DNA from: Cystobasidiomycetes sp. EMM_F5
Taxonomy: Eukaryota
Direction: 5' to 3'
Assembly (NCBI GenBank): GCA_051047955.1
Contig: JBPGPT010000021.1
Coordinates: 124,001-188,000, forward strand
DNA: 64,000 bases
This document shows, one piece after another, positions 1 to 12,374 of this stretch; positions within the stretch are counted from its first letter, which is position 1, and each line of letters opens with the position of its first letter. Below the pieces are notes generated by a model that was given only the letters and a program-made list of their open reading frames with translations, had not been told where the DNA came from and made no database searches. The position numbers and the translations under genes were made by a program.

Positions 1-1401
1 TTATCCCTCGCCGCATAGTCTTCGGGAAAGGCTACCTCAATCTCCTCATACGTCATTCCATCACACACTCCCGCATCGAGCTCGTCAAGACTCTTCCATG
101 TCAGCTTCGGATATGGTAGTTGGTGCGCAGTCTCAATGGTGCGCTGTAGCGTGCTCGTCCATACGGTCAGTGGAACATCACCGACATTGTCCTTGATGAG
201 TTTCGGTAATGCGGCAGCGTAGCCCCGACCCTGGACGGACAGAGGGGAGTCTCCACCAATCTTGCCTTCGACATTGTACTGCGACTCGCCGTGTCGACTG
301 AGAAAGATGGCGCGTGGTGTAATGTGCAGGTTCATGAGGTCTGTCGGAATGAGAAGTCAGGACTAGACGGAATGGAGTGATATGGATGTAGTAAGCCTAC
401 AGAAGACGCAACGTGACTCTAGGTATCCGTCTATTCTGTTGACGATGACCTGTTTGCCTACGTCGCTGTGTTGCGGGTCAGTACATCAGCTGTTAGTGAG
501 GGAGCTTGCGTGTGTCTGAAACGCACATAATCTTGCAGTAGGAATACTTTTCCTCTGGCGACATTGTGCCCAATTCCTCGTACGAGTGTTCGTACGTCTT
601 GATTCTCGCTCTAAAGTCCCTCTCTGCCTCTGCCTTGTCCATTCCGTCGTAGTCTGGGTCGCCCGAGGACACCTTTACTGCGATATTTGCTGCAATGACG
701 GTCGGGTCTGTGCAGATACTCTCGAGAAAGATGAGCTTTATGGAGGGTTCCTGAGCGAGTCTCTCTACAATCTTCCTTCTCCTTCCCCTGTTTGAGTTTG
801 TTGCGTCGAATACGCCCACATTGCCCTGTTCATCCTTGAGCCAGGCGATGAGCGCTTCTAGGCACTCGACTGCCAACTCTTCTCTGGCGGCAGCAGCCTG
901 CTCGTTCTTGTTGTCGAAGAATGAAGCATTGTGGACTTCCTTGACCCCGGTCTCCCTCTGCTGCTGCTTTGCCTTTGCCCTGCGGAGTTGACCGACGTTG
1001 AAGACGCGGACGTCGTACTCTAGCCAACGCAGGTACCGCATGAGCCTGTTGGACAGGTAGCTCTTGCCTCTTGCTGGGAGTCCAACCATGCAGACGCACA
1101 GCTTGGTCTCGGACTGGTCGGGTTTGGATATCGTCTGTCCCGAGAGGCCGTACCTCGACGAGTGCATGCTGCCCGACCTCGAGGGAGCGCGAGACTGGTT
1201 TGCCGTGTGGTTGGCGTGCTCATCGACGCTCGACGAGCTGGACGGCGTCATGTTTCCTGCAATGTGACCATCCGAGACGGGCAGGAATGGGGGAGACGCG
1301 AGGTGAGTCTGCGATGTGGGCGACAGCATGGGCGACTGGGCCTGCGGGGACGCCTTGTAGGAGCGTGTCCGCGTAATGTTGCTGCCGGTAGTGCCCGACA
1401 T
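1..1401 (-). CDS. FBP26: 6-phosphofructo-2-kinase/fructose-2,6-bisphosphatase (spliced; runs off window start)
   Basis: Kinase motifs MVGLPARGKS and FDATN. After two introns the frame gives YLMNLHITPRAIFLSRHGESQYN (intact RHG phosphatase motif), then WTSTLQRTIETA and LDELDAG. Confidence 0.93.
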
Positions 1402-2252
1402 TGTGAGTAAATGGTGTAAGATGGAGAGCTTTGAAAGGAGGAAGTAGTGAAATGGTATTTCAATTACAAAAGTAGATTAAACGAGACTGCGGGCATTTGT
1501 ATAGTATGTATACTGCCATAATGTACATTCTAATGCACGCAGCCCTCCGTGTCTTGTGCTTGTATTGGCAGCACAGCCCCACTTCCATTAGCAAACCTCC
1601 AACTTGGAATTTCAAATCACCGCAACCGCCTTTGTAACCATCCAACCGCTGTTCCAAGTCCAGGTACTCTACTACCTTGCACCTCCAGCTTCGGGCCAGT
1701 TGTAAAGACTCGCCCCCAGCTCACCCGACGGTCTCCACGACGGCGCTCGCAAAGCTGCTCGTCCATCCCAAATCTCTGCGTCCTCCATAAGGAACTTTTA
1801 AACCCCCAATAAAACTACAAGCCCCAGGTAGCGTCGGTGTGGGCCCCGACGCACGAGCTGCTGAATTGGGTCCCTCTGACGAGGTGGGCACGCTATAACA
1901 ACATACGACACTGTCTCTGGAGAATCTAGAAATTCCACCAAGATCCAGGCAACCTGCCGCAGAGAAAGGGAGGAAACTGCTGCAGCGCACTCGAGAACAG
2001 CCGCAACACGGCTATACACCCCGTCTAGCAGGAGAGCAACACCCGCAGCTCACTCGCAATTCCACACCTCTCTCTCGCTCGCTCTTCCTGTGCCTGCCAT
2101 CATCCCTCGATCGCAGTCTGTCCCTCTGACGAAATTTGGAAGAACTGGCAGACTACACGCAGTCGACCGTATCGCCGTCTGCAGCTCCACAATCGTCTCC
2201 TCGTTCGTCCCCGCCGTCGTTCGAGGTTCTTTCTCAACCCTCTGCGACCCGA

Positions 2253-4192
2253 ATGAGCACGCTCACTGCTACCCAGATTATACACGACCACACCAGCAAT
2301 AACCAACAATGTTTTACGCCGTCGTCGTCGTATACTCTGTCGCAGCAGTATGCTGGCAGTAGGCACAATCTGCCCCTCTCTCCCAGCTCCTCAAGCATGT
2401 GCAGCGTCTACAGGACCATTGCGACTCCACGCCACACGCCAACAGTATCCGTTCCGGAGATGGCATCGCCGCCTGCCGCAGCATTAACACTGCCTTTTGT
2501 CAGAAAGGTGCATGCTGCCCCGCTCTCGAACGCCGTCAAGGTAGCGAACGGTCATTCATTGAATGTACACCAAGCTGCTGCTCCACTTCCAGCCTTTTTC
2601 AAAAGCAATGACACACGTCCGTCTGCCAACATTGCGTCGTCAGGCTCTCAACTTCAGCCTCTGAGTGTCCCTATACATTCGACATCTGTCATAGAGACAT
2701 TCCGCCACGTCCTCTCGACCCTCGACATGGACGACTGTGAGCCAAACGCCGAAAATGCCTTTCTCGTGTGCGACCTGAAGCGCGTAATGGATCGCTACAC
2801 GCTATGGCAGGAGCAGCTAGGCAACTTTGGAGTCGAAGCCTTCTTTGCAGTCAAGTGCAATCCCGACCCCGTCATCCTCCGCATGATGGCTAAGCTAGGC
2901 CTCGGATTCGACTGTGCTTCCCACGCTGAAATCTCGTCTGTCCTCGCATACGGCGTATCGCCCGAAAAGATCATTTATGCAAACCCCGCAAAAGCAGCAT
3001 CGTTTATCCGACATGCTGCACGACAAAATGTAGAAATGATGACGTTTGATAACGGAGATGAGCTCGTCAAGATTGCGAAATATCATCCTTGCGCAAAGAT
3101 GGTGTTGCGCATCCTTACAGACGATAGTGGATCCCTCTGCAAATTGGGCTTGAAGTTTGGGGCACCTCTGTCACAAGTCAAGGGACTGCTGCAGAAAGCA
3201 AAGTCGTTGAACATCGACGTTATTGGCATTTCTTTCCATGTCGGATCGGGATGTACCAACCCACACCTGTTTGGAGACGCAGTTCAACGAGCACACTGGG
3301 CATTCAAGGTCGGTAAACAGATTGGATACGACTTTACACTCCTCGATATCGGTGGCGGCTTTGGTGGAGAGAATTTTGTCGAGATTGCAGGAATACTTCG
3401 ACCAGTGCTTGATCAGTACTTTCCGAGACAATCAGCCGATGGCAGTGTAGAAGTTGACGAGGAAGCCTTTCACGGTATTCGAATCATTGCCGAACCGGGA
3501 CGCTACTTTGTAGCAGAAGCGTTCGAGATGGGCACAAACATTATCGCAAGGCGGGCAAGATCGTCCCCTGCGGCACTCGTCTCTTCTTCACTGATCGATG
3601 CAGTCGACATAAAGGAAGCAGATCTGGATGTCTCTGTTGAGACACTTTCGATGACCGCATCTTCGCCTACGAGCACAGTCACAATCAACGGCGAGGGAGA
3701 AAAGACGACTCTGGTGCATGACGTACAAGAAGCCGAAGACGAGCCAATCACAATGTACTATGTCAATGATGGCGTATATGGCTCCTTCAACTGCATCATG
3801 TTTGATCACCAGGTCGTCTTTCCAAAAGTAATGACGCTCGATGGCGAATTCGTAAAAGAACCCCGCATGTCATCTTCCGAATTTCCAGCAGAAGGAGAAG
3901 AAGCGTGCTCCATCTGGGGACCGACTTGCGATTCAATAGACTGCGTCAGCAAAATGTGCTACTTACCCACAAACCAACTGGTCGTTGGCGATTGGCTGAG
4001 ATGGGAGAATATGGGCGCCTACACGGTTTGCGCTGCAAGTCAGGTAGGTCTATCTCGGGTTTCCTTTTTACTGTGCTGGCGGACTGATACGTCCTGTTTG
4101 CGCAGTTTAACGGCTTCAAGCAGTCCAGAGTCGTTTACACTATCGATGCCGACGAACACGATGAAGCTCTCATTCGCAATTTATTGGCGTAA
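2253..4192 (+). CDS. SPE1: Ornithine decarboxylase with long S/P-rich N-terminus; intron 4044-4105; start AUG uncertain (2253/2397/2460)
   Basis: Motifs FFAVKCNPDP (PLP lysine), GFDCAS, FHVGSG, LDIGGGF, AEPGRYF, WGPTCDSID, WENMGAYT. Spliced C-terminus ASQ|FNGFKQSRV...LLA*. Confidence 0.96.
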
Positions 4193-4804
4193 TTTCAGAC
4201 GGCCAACAACAACAAAAGGCACCATATGAGTGCCACTGCTCAAGACTTTGGATCTTGCGCACCACGCAGGCATTGTCCACGACCCTGTGCGCGATACGCC
4301 CTCTAGTATTCATAATCTTCATTCTTGCACCATTTCTTGCGCCTACAGGCAGTACAACCATTCAGTATATCGCAAACGAAACGTAAAAGTACACAATCAT
4401 GTAGAATTAGACACTGCAGTATTCATCATGAAATGAAATCAGAAGTGCGCAACAATGCTGTGATGGGCTGAAAGAATTGATGAGAACGACGGCTCGTAGA
4501 AATAAGTTAAATTGTCAATCACACACGCTGGTCATACGCAACGGCTCAAATATAATAGATACAAGAACGACAGCACTGAAGTATGTGCGCGTATGAAATT
4601 GGATAAAACATCGAGCGGGATGTATTCCGTAAGAGGCCGGGTGGCTTTCCTACAGTGGAGGTTTTGGCATATACAAAGGCCTTGTTACAGCGCTCCGCCG
4701 GTGAAGTAAATCACCAAGCAGGTCTCGGACCATACACGGCGTACATTGCTGCTAGACTTGCCGTATTTGTTTTCCAGAGTATCTGACAGCAGTGTGACAA
4801 GGCG

Positions 4805-7800
4805 CTATTGCCGAATGTAGCCTTCGACATGCCGCGGACTGGCGGGTAGGCCAGGGCTTCGCATGGGTGTAAACAAGTTTCGAGGTGATGATGCGGTAGA
4901 AAGTGCAGGGCTGCGCGGACCGCCAGAGGATCCAGCAGAGCCAGCGTGTGCCCTATCGGTGGCAGTATCAATCTTGAGCATGTGCTGCCTCGAGCCTGCA
5001 CCTGCTCGAACGGTCTCCTCATTGTAAGCGGGCGACACACTGCGTAACGTATCTGGATCGTGACTCGTGGAAGAGTATTTGCCCGAAGCTGGGTCATCCT
5101 CAGCAGGCGAATCGAAATCAGAGACGACTTCGAGCAATCTGTCTGCCCCGCTTTGCGTAAACAGCTTCGAATTTCGACTTCTCCGCCGTACGTTGTCCTG
5201 TCCGGCTCTGCTCGGTCGCTCACGTAACAGCTGCCCAGATGCTGCATGGCTGTCGCCAAGATGGCCAGGTCGCTCTACCGGCTCGTCCTCCGCATCTATC
5301 TCACGGAAGATGCGGTCAAATTCATTGATGAACAGGCTGAACAGGGCTGTGAACACCAACCTTAGCCTTTTTACTCGACGAGGAAAAAAGGCTACAAGAC
5401 TCACTGGAAGGGATCGCCAAGGTCGGTGAAAAGACTATTCCCATATTACGCACAGACATTTTGTTTTGGCTTTCGTGCTTCACGAGATTGACCAAGTGAG
5501 CAGATAGGAAACGCAGTGCCGAGTAGTTGGCGACTGGTAGCATCTGGACGAGTCGACATATCTGCCGTACTCTGTGCTTGTGGTCCTCGATATCGTTGGC
5601 CTTGACGAATTCAGGATTCAGTTCGGCAGTGAAGATGTGAACCGGTAACTCGCGGAAGAATTGCTTGAGCAAGCCTGCCACAGCGTGTGGATCAAAGTAC
5701 TCCGACGTAAGGTCAACATCGCCCTCTATCGGCAATGCGTATCAGAAGCCTGCCGCATACTTGGTCACATGTAATCAACTTACCGGCATTGAAGCGGTCC
5801 TTCAGAGCTTTGATGACCGCCGAACTGCCAGACAACCGATAGATGCCTTCCTCCTCCTCCGCCTTGACGGAGCTGAGGTACTGTACACATCGGAAGACCA
5901 CCGCTGGTAGGTCTGAATCTTCGCGGACGCGAGCTATCTCAACTGCTTCTTGTATGGGCACGCCAAAGACTGGTCTTGCCGCTTGTACACCGGCATCTTT
6001 TCGTTCTAGGAATTGCTCTCGGAGTTTAGAAAATGCTCTACGTTTGTAGTCATGTCTGCTTACCATTGCCTCGTCGACTAGCGAAATCCCAGAATGATGA
6101 CTTGACTTTGGCTCGACGCTCGTTTGGCACAAGTGTCTTCTTGAAATCAGGCCCGATAGGAGCCCCGTTGACCGGACCCGATATCTTCATGCGCTTTTCT
6201 GGACTCATAGGCCGATTAGCATCGCGCGATGGGCCCTTGTCAGACTGCGCAGTCCCTAAACGCTGCTGATGATGGTTCTGACTCGGATGATGTGGACCCT
6301 CTGAAGCGCTCAAGTGTGCTAGCCCGCTGGTGATCGAAGAAGAAGCAGGAACGTCATTGCTATGCTGTCCGCTGCGCTCATTCCGCGAGGTTGGCACATC
6401 AGCCCCGGACGCGATCGAGGAGTGTCCGGCTGAATCGTCTCGCTTATGCTGCTGAAGTTGCGGATGCTGAGCTGATGATGCATTCGCGCGACCAGGTTCT
6501 GCATGGGTCGGCCCGCCGAAGAACTTGCCATCTTGAGATTGTGACGGCGGCTGCGCACCGCGTAGCGTTTCTACTTCTTTAGACGCCTTCTTCTGGGGTT
6601 GCGAAACCTTCCGTAGATCGCTTGGCGGTAGAGACTGGCCTGTCGGCCTGGCAGTACTGAGTGTGGATGTGGCGGCTGACGAAGCCGTAGTCGGAGTAGG
6701 CGCTGTGACCGCTATCGTCTCGGGCACGTATTCCCCGGTGGTACAACAAATCAGCATGCTGACCCAGTGATCTCGCTCCTCATCGCTTTCAGCACAGAGT
6801 ATGTGGTCTTGATCTTCGTTGTGTTTGTCTTTGGCTCGGATCAGGAAAGCATGCCGGATCTCATCTGAATCTGCCATTTTGTGATTCTGCCTGCCGATAC
6901 TGGCGCCCTTCAAATCGATGGTTCCAGAAACACTACCGCCAGCCTGCGACCGGGAGACATCAGACATCACGTGCGCATGAATGCTTTCCCAACGTACTGA
7001 TTCATAGTATTCCAGCATTCGGCCGCGAAGGACGTAGTAACGTGTCGCCCATCCGCCGAGGTTGCGGCCCTTCTTCGACTGATGGAGACGAAAGTGAGAA
7101 TAGACACGCGATGATATCTACAATCCCCCCTTACAAGGTAGCCCGCCTTGTGACCTGGATTGCTAACCGGTGCGAATCGATCAAGAACAACATTTGACGT
7201 TAGGAAGTGGCACAAGTCACCCAGCTCCTGCAATTTCGATGTATACAGGCCATGAAGGTATCGCTGCAATTCCACCTGTGATTACCGGGCATAAGTTCAG
7301 CTGCGGTGTGTATACAGACGCAAAATCCTACCTTGCGCTGATCGACCCTACTGGGCGCATTGTCCTTGAAAAGATTGCGTTCCGGTAGACTCGGTAGCTT
7401 TTTGACATTCCCTTTGGCGTTCTTATTCTTGATTGCGTGATCCAAAGTCTGAAAGTCGGCCCACGTCTTTTCGATTAGCCAAGATATCAATGTGCCGGGC
7501 CCGAAGTGTGACATTCTGGCATCGTCTTTCGGAGGCTTCCGCACGTTGACACGTATCAAGAACGATACTACCTCCTTGCCCTTGTCGCCTGTCCTGAAGG
7601 TTGACGTTACAATATCCGCTTGTAGCAGATTGAGGAGTGATGCAATCAATTGTAATGGCCTTCTTCGAACTTCTCCATTATTGGTATCGTATGCTGCACT
7701 CCGGTCATTACTCTCTGAATGTCTTCCTGATGCAGTTCGCGGTGGTGGAGGCTGCTGCAACGAATGCTTTTGCGATGGTGCAGGTTGCGTAGTGTCAGAA

Positions 7801-10571
7801 TATTGTATGTACCCTCCGCTAGCAGGATTATTGTACTGGCCAAATGAGGAGGGCAGCTGAGAGCCGGATGGAGGGTAGCTCTGACCAGCTTGACTTATTC
7901 CGTTTGCATGATGTGCATTATGCTCCCTATCGCTACTTCGGTCGGATGAACGACGAGGCTGCAATGCAGGTCTAGCCAATCTAGATGGCGACTCTGGCTG
8001 TTTCGTCCCGGAGCCTTCATCGAGGTTGTGCGCTTGAGGCTGTCGATGACCGCTGCCAGACGACGAAGCGTATCCGCTATGATCATGCTGATGCCCATTG
8101 GCGGGTTGTCGAGATGGTGAGGTGCGACCAGAGACATACTGACTTTGTGGCATGAGATGAGTTTCGGTTGCCATCGTTGCTTGAAGTGCCGACGAGGCTC
8201 GTCGTGCTTGTTCCTGGACTTGCAGGTTGCGATTGCTGTCGTTTGTATGCTCGATGTGAGTAATACCCAATCCTCCAGGCTGGTACCACGAAAATACATT
8301 GACCAAACCGAGATTACAAAGGGAGAGGATGAAAAAAGTCACAGTCAGCAACAACTTTGTCAATATGGGCATCGGACCGGCTCCGGCTGCATTCCGTTGC
8401 AAGCTGATTCGACAAAGGCAAAGCCCGTCATCAATGAGCCGATCCGGTCTGACTCACCCGCTGTGTAGGATTCGGAGTGATTCGAGAATCCTCAGAATCT
8501 TCTCTATTGCGTAACGGTGTTGTCGGGCTAGGCAGGCTTCCGCCTCCGTTCTGTACCATGATGTACCGCCTGGCTTCATCCGGCAATTCGACCAGCGGCG
8601 TACTGAATAGCGAATTGGAATCTGATCGTGCACTATTCGACAGTCTTAATTCTGCATATTGGGCATCGTCCCGTGCAGGCACAGGCGGTGGAGATGGCGT
8701 TCGCGGCAACCTTGTCTCCGCTGTGAAGGGGCTAGCGGGCTCATCAAGCATAGGCGGACTCGCTCCCAGATCTGGCGGAGGTGTAACGACTGATCTGCCT
8801 GGCAAGGGCAGAGCAGGAGATTTCGCTTTTCCCGCAGTAAGGTCGAGGGATGATGCTTTTCTCGTAAGCCGCCGTTGCTGCTGTATAGCACCTGGTAGAA
8901 CTGCGGAAGAAGTTTCAGAGGATGGGCGGTACGTAGCCTGCGATGAGGCGAGCTGGGGAGTGTGACGAAGATGGTGACGTGGTGAGTCTGGAGCTCTCGA
9001 GGAGCCGATTGAAGGGCTCGGAGGAGCTGTCCAATGCGGAGACCGAGGGGAAGTAGCTGCAGAGTGTTGTGACGAAGAGATGCGGGAGTGCGATGATAAC
9101 GCAGGCGATATGGGCAGAGGCGAGTTTCGAGCAACTCGTAAATGCTCAACCCCGGCAAAAGACCCTACAGTCGGTGAAGCCGTGTAATCCGCAAAGTCGT
9201 CATCTGCCTGAACTTGAGGCGTTGCGGGAATTGTGCCCAGCCCTTCCGAATGACTGGCCGAGTTCAAATGGCTGTTGTACGATGCCGACGAGCTAATTGG
9301 AGGGAGACTTCGAGATTGACTACTGAAAGCTCCCTGACTGAGTGCTGGAGAGGCAATAAAGACGTTCTGGCTTTGTATTGTTGGCGTTCCGCGTCCGTTG
9401 GTACCATTTACACCGAGTGTAGCAGCTGTAGGTGTAATATCACGTTCGCGACGATCTCGTCTACCATCCTTGGAGACCCCCAAGTCTAGCCGACTGCTCG
9501 AGCTGCTGCTTGCCGAAAGAGCCGGGTCACTTGTGGCTGTTGTAAAACTATTCGTACTCGCACTGCTCGACATGCCACCTACGCTATACTGCGCTGTACG
9601 GGTCTTGTCGCGTGATACTGGCATGTTTGCATGCAGAGAATGGCCGTCGTTTGCCGATCTCGGTCCTACATCGCTCGTACTACGTGGACCAGGCGAAGGT
9701 CTCCTGAACGGCAGCTCAGCATCGCCTACGTCGCTCCCTATAGGACTGAGTCGGCTAGCGTTTGAGGGCGGAACAGACAGGCCGTTGAGGCGCAATGCAG
9801 CTTCAAGATCCATGACTCTACCAGATAGGAAGCGTATCTCTCTGTTGACAGACGACGAGGATGCAACGTCCCTCTGCAGAGCATCCCGCTCCCTCTGCAG
9901 GTTTGTGCACATGCTCCACACTTTACCATTTTCAGATCGTAAACGTTGCCGTTCTACGCGTTCATTAGCGTACGCTGATGCTAGCGAGTTGTGTGCAGTC
10001 ACGAGCGCTGCTAGTGCCTTTGAGGGGAGGTGAGAGTGGGCAGCGAGCAAGTCGTCGACCGTCACGGGGTTGAAGTGTGCGTGTGCGGATGTCTGCGAGT
10101 TGGCCTGGGAGTCGAGTGATGACAGGGACGTCGAATTGGAGTATGATGTATGATGCTGTTGGCCTGTGAGTATGATAGTTATGGATCATGGGTGGATGTG
10201 TAATGAACATGTCAGTGCCGAATGATCTGTACGTATAAATAGCCACGTGTTTAGACGCAACGCAACGCACCATCCGACGCGTGTTCATGCGTCTGGCTTG
10301 ATGACTGAGGCTGCCTAGCCTGTGCGCCAGGTAACAGACTGACTGGAACGTGGACATTCGGTTGTTGATGAGGGCGATGGTTGTGATGGAGAGACGGCTG
10401 AGACATCGAATAATCTTGATACTGCGGGTGACGTGTCGACGTGGACGGAGGCTCTGACGAAGCTGAGCCGGATCTGTCTCTGAGCATCACCATCTGCTCG
10501 CGCTGTAGTAGTGATTGCTGCTGCTGACTGCCGATGCCTCCTAAAGGACCGGCGCTGACAGACTGAGACAT
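4805..10571 (-). CDS. BEM3: Rho GTPase-activating protein, Bem3-like (coiled coil, PX, PH, RhoGAP); multi-exon
   Basis: PX-like WLIEKTWADFQTLD...LPSLPERNLFKDNAPSRVDQRK; PH HILCAESDEERDHWV; RhoGAP EEEGIYRLSGS, AVAGLLKQFFRELP, NKMSVRNMGIVFSPTL. Confidence 0.9.
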
Positions 10572-11390
10572 GGGTGAGACTGGCGGAGGGCGTGTCGAGT
10601 GTACTCTGACGAATGCTCCAAGAGATCCCTATCCGGCAGTGATGAATAGCTTTTGGCCCATTGATTGTTTGTTGGCAATTGACGTTGCGAGGCCTTGCTC
10701 GGACAGGTCGAATTCGCAACACGCAGCCAGTGTCGCAGTGTCGCAGCGTTGCGAGCACACAGTGAATGGCTCACTGCTGTCCTATGTGCCCGCTACCGTC
10801 ACGTCGTGACTTGCATTCGCTTGCCCAGGCTATAGTGGAGTCCCCACCTGAATGGCCAGTGTGCGATATCGACAGGGTTGACAAGTCAAGTAAGCAGCGA
10901 TTGCAGTGCTCAGATGTGCAGAGAGTATTGCGCAGACTGGCAGTGCGCAAATGTCGAGACTGACACCAAGCAGGTCGTGGAGATACGTAGACTGAAAAGG
11001 GCAGCTTTGGTTCAGTCGGCAGGCGTATTGCAACTGCCCGAAGGAGGCTTCAAATGCAATACAACGACGACAATGACCGAGCAGACATGTATATATGACT
11101 GCACAGCAGTATGGCTCTGTTTATTACAAATACGCTTATATGGCTGCTGTATCAGACAGATGTGCCTGAAGCGCGTACAGCCTGGACACGGCCTGCAGGA
11201 ATATGCACGTATTTGAGGCTGACGGCAACGCAGGTACGTCCTGGAGGTACGGTCATCGTCAAAGTATACCATCGTGTCCACTCAGTCTCCAGTCAAGCTC
11301 TGGATGGCCGACTTGGCTGAGAGCCGCTCGATCGTTCCGTCGACGTCGACTAGTCTCGCACTCTCCTCCTTCCTACACCTCACAGCAACC

Positions 11391-12062
11391 ATGGTCACAC
11401 GAAGAGTCGCAGCTGGAAAAGGGCAGGACGAGCAGGGAAACGATGCTTCCACTTCGCACTCGCAGTCCGGGTCCGGGTCGTCGTCATCGCAGCTGCCGTA
11501 CGCCGTCGACGCTACAATGTCGCTGAGCCCGGAAGAGCTTGGGGTGCTGCAGGAGCAGTACATGGCAGAGCAGGACAAGGGATACGTTAGCACTCAGACA
11601 AAGTTCAATCTGGCGTGGTGGGTTGCCTATTGCACACTGTTCAAGAGCACGACAGGACTGATCAAGTGTCTCTAGGGGTCTGGTGAGAAGCGAGAACAGC
11701 GACAGAGTCAAGGATGGGATAAGTCTGCTCATGGGTGGGAGACCGCATTCACATTCTCCATTGTGCTTTCACGCTAAGCGTCGCCTACAGACATTTACGA
11801 ATCCGAACCACCACGGCGGCGAGAGTGTCTCTACTACCTCTCACTAGGACACTACAAGCTCAAGAACTACACGGAAGCAAAGAAGTTTATCGACAAGCTC
11901 CTCTCGAAAGAACCCAACAATATGCAAGCCCAGAGTCTGAGCGGTATGGTCGACGCCGACGTGCAGAAGGAAGGCCTCATTGGCATGGCCATTGCGGGAG
12001 GTGCAGTGGCCATAATTGGAGCCATTACTGTCGCTGCGGTCAAGCGGCTGGCGAGGAGATAG
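11391..12062 (+). CDS. FIS1: Mitochondrial fission protein Fis1 (2 introns)
   Basis: LPYAVDA...[13 protein letters not shown]...[19 protein letters not shown]...[10 protein letters not shown], followed by a C-terminal TM anchor and a basic tail. Confidence 0.95.
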
Positions 12063-12374
12063 TTGCGGGCGGAAAGACCGCAGTCGACGTCTGGCGCTGC
12101 ACAGCCTGCTGCCAGAAGACTGGCTGCGGGGAGTATCTCGTCATACTGTGAATTCGAATACATAGTCACACTGCCGCCATACTTGAATCAATGTAGCGTA
12201 ATCTCTGTTGTCCTGTTGCCCAATATACACGCACTTGAGCTCCGCATACAGCTCCAGTGCTCTTCCCCTATTCTCATCCATCGTCGTCCTCGCTCATCAC
12301 CACGCTGGCTTGCTGTCGCTGTCCGGGCTCAGCTGGCCTGTCCCAGCCTGCCCACTCAGTGTCGCCCAGCAGCA

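Noticed and set aside
4230..4436. ORF directly abutting the 2136-4229 ODC ORF (apparent readthrough)
   Set aside because: Artefact of reading through intron 4044-4105; spliced ODC ends at 4192 in another frame.
8345..8433. Box C/D snoRNA (TGATGA...CTGA, minus strand) in the RhoGAP intron
   Set aside because: The C box lacks the leading purine, there is no terminal stem or convincing rRNA guide, and the CTGA is part of the branch site.
8355..8446. HDV-like ribozyme (similar P1-P2-P3-P1'-P2' order)
   Set aside because: The L3, P1.1 and J4/2 catalytic consensus and P4 are not recognisable, and stem lengths differ. Kept only as a structured intron.
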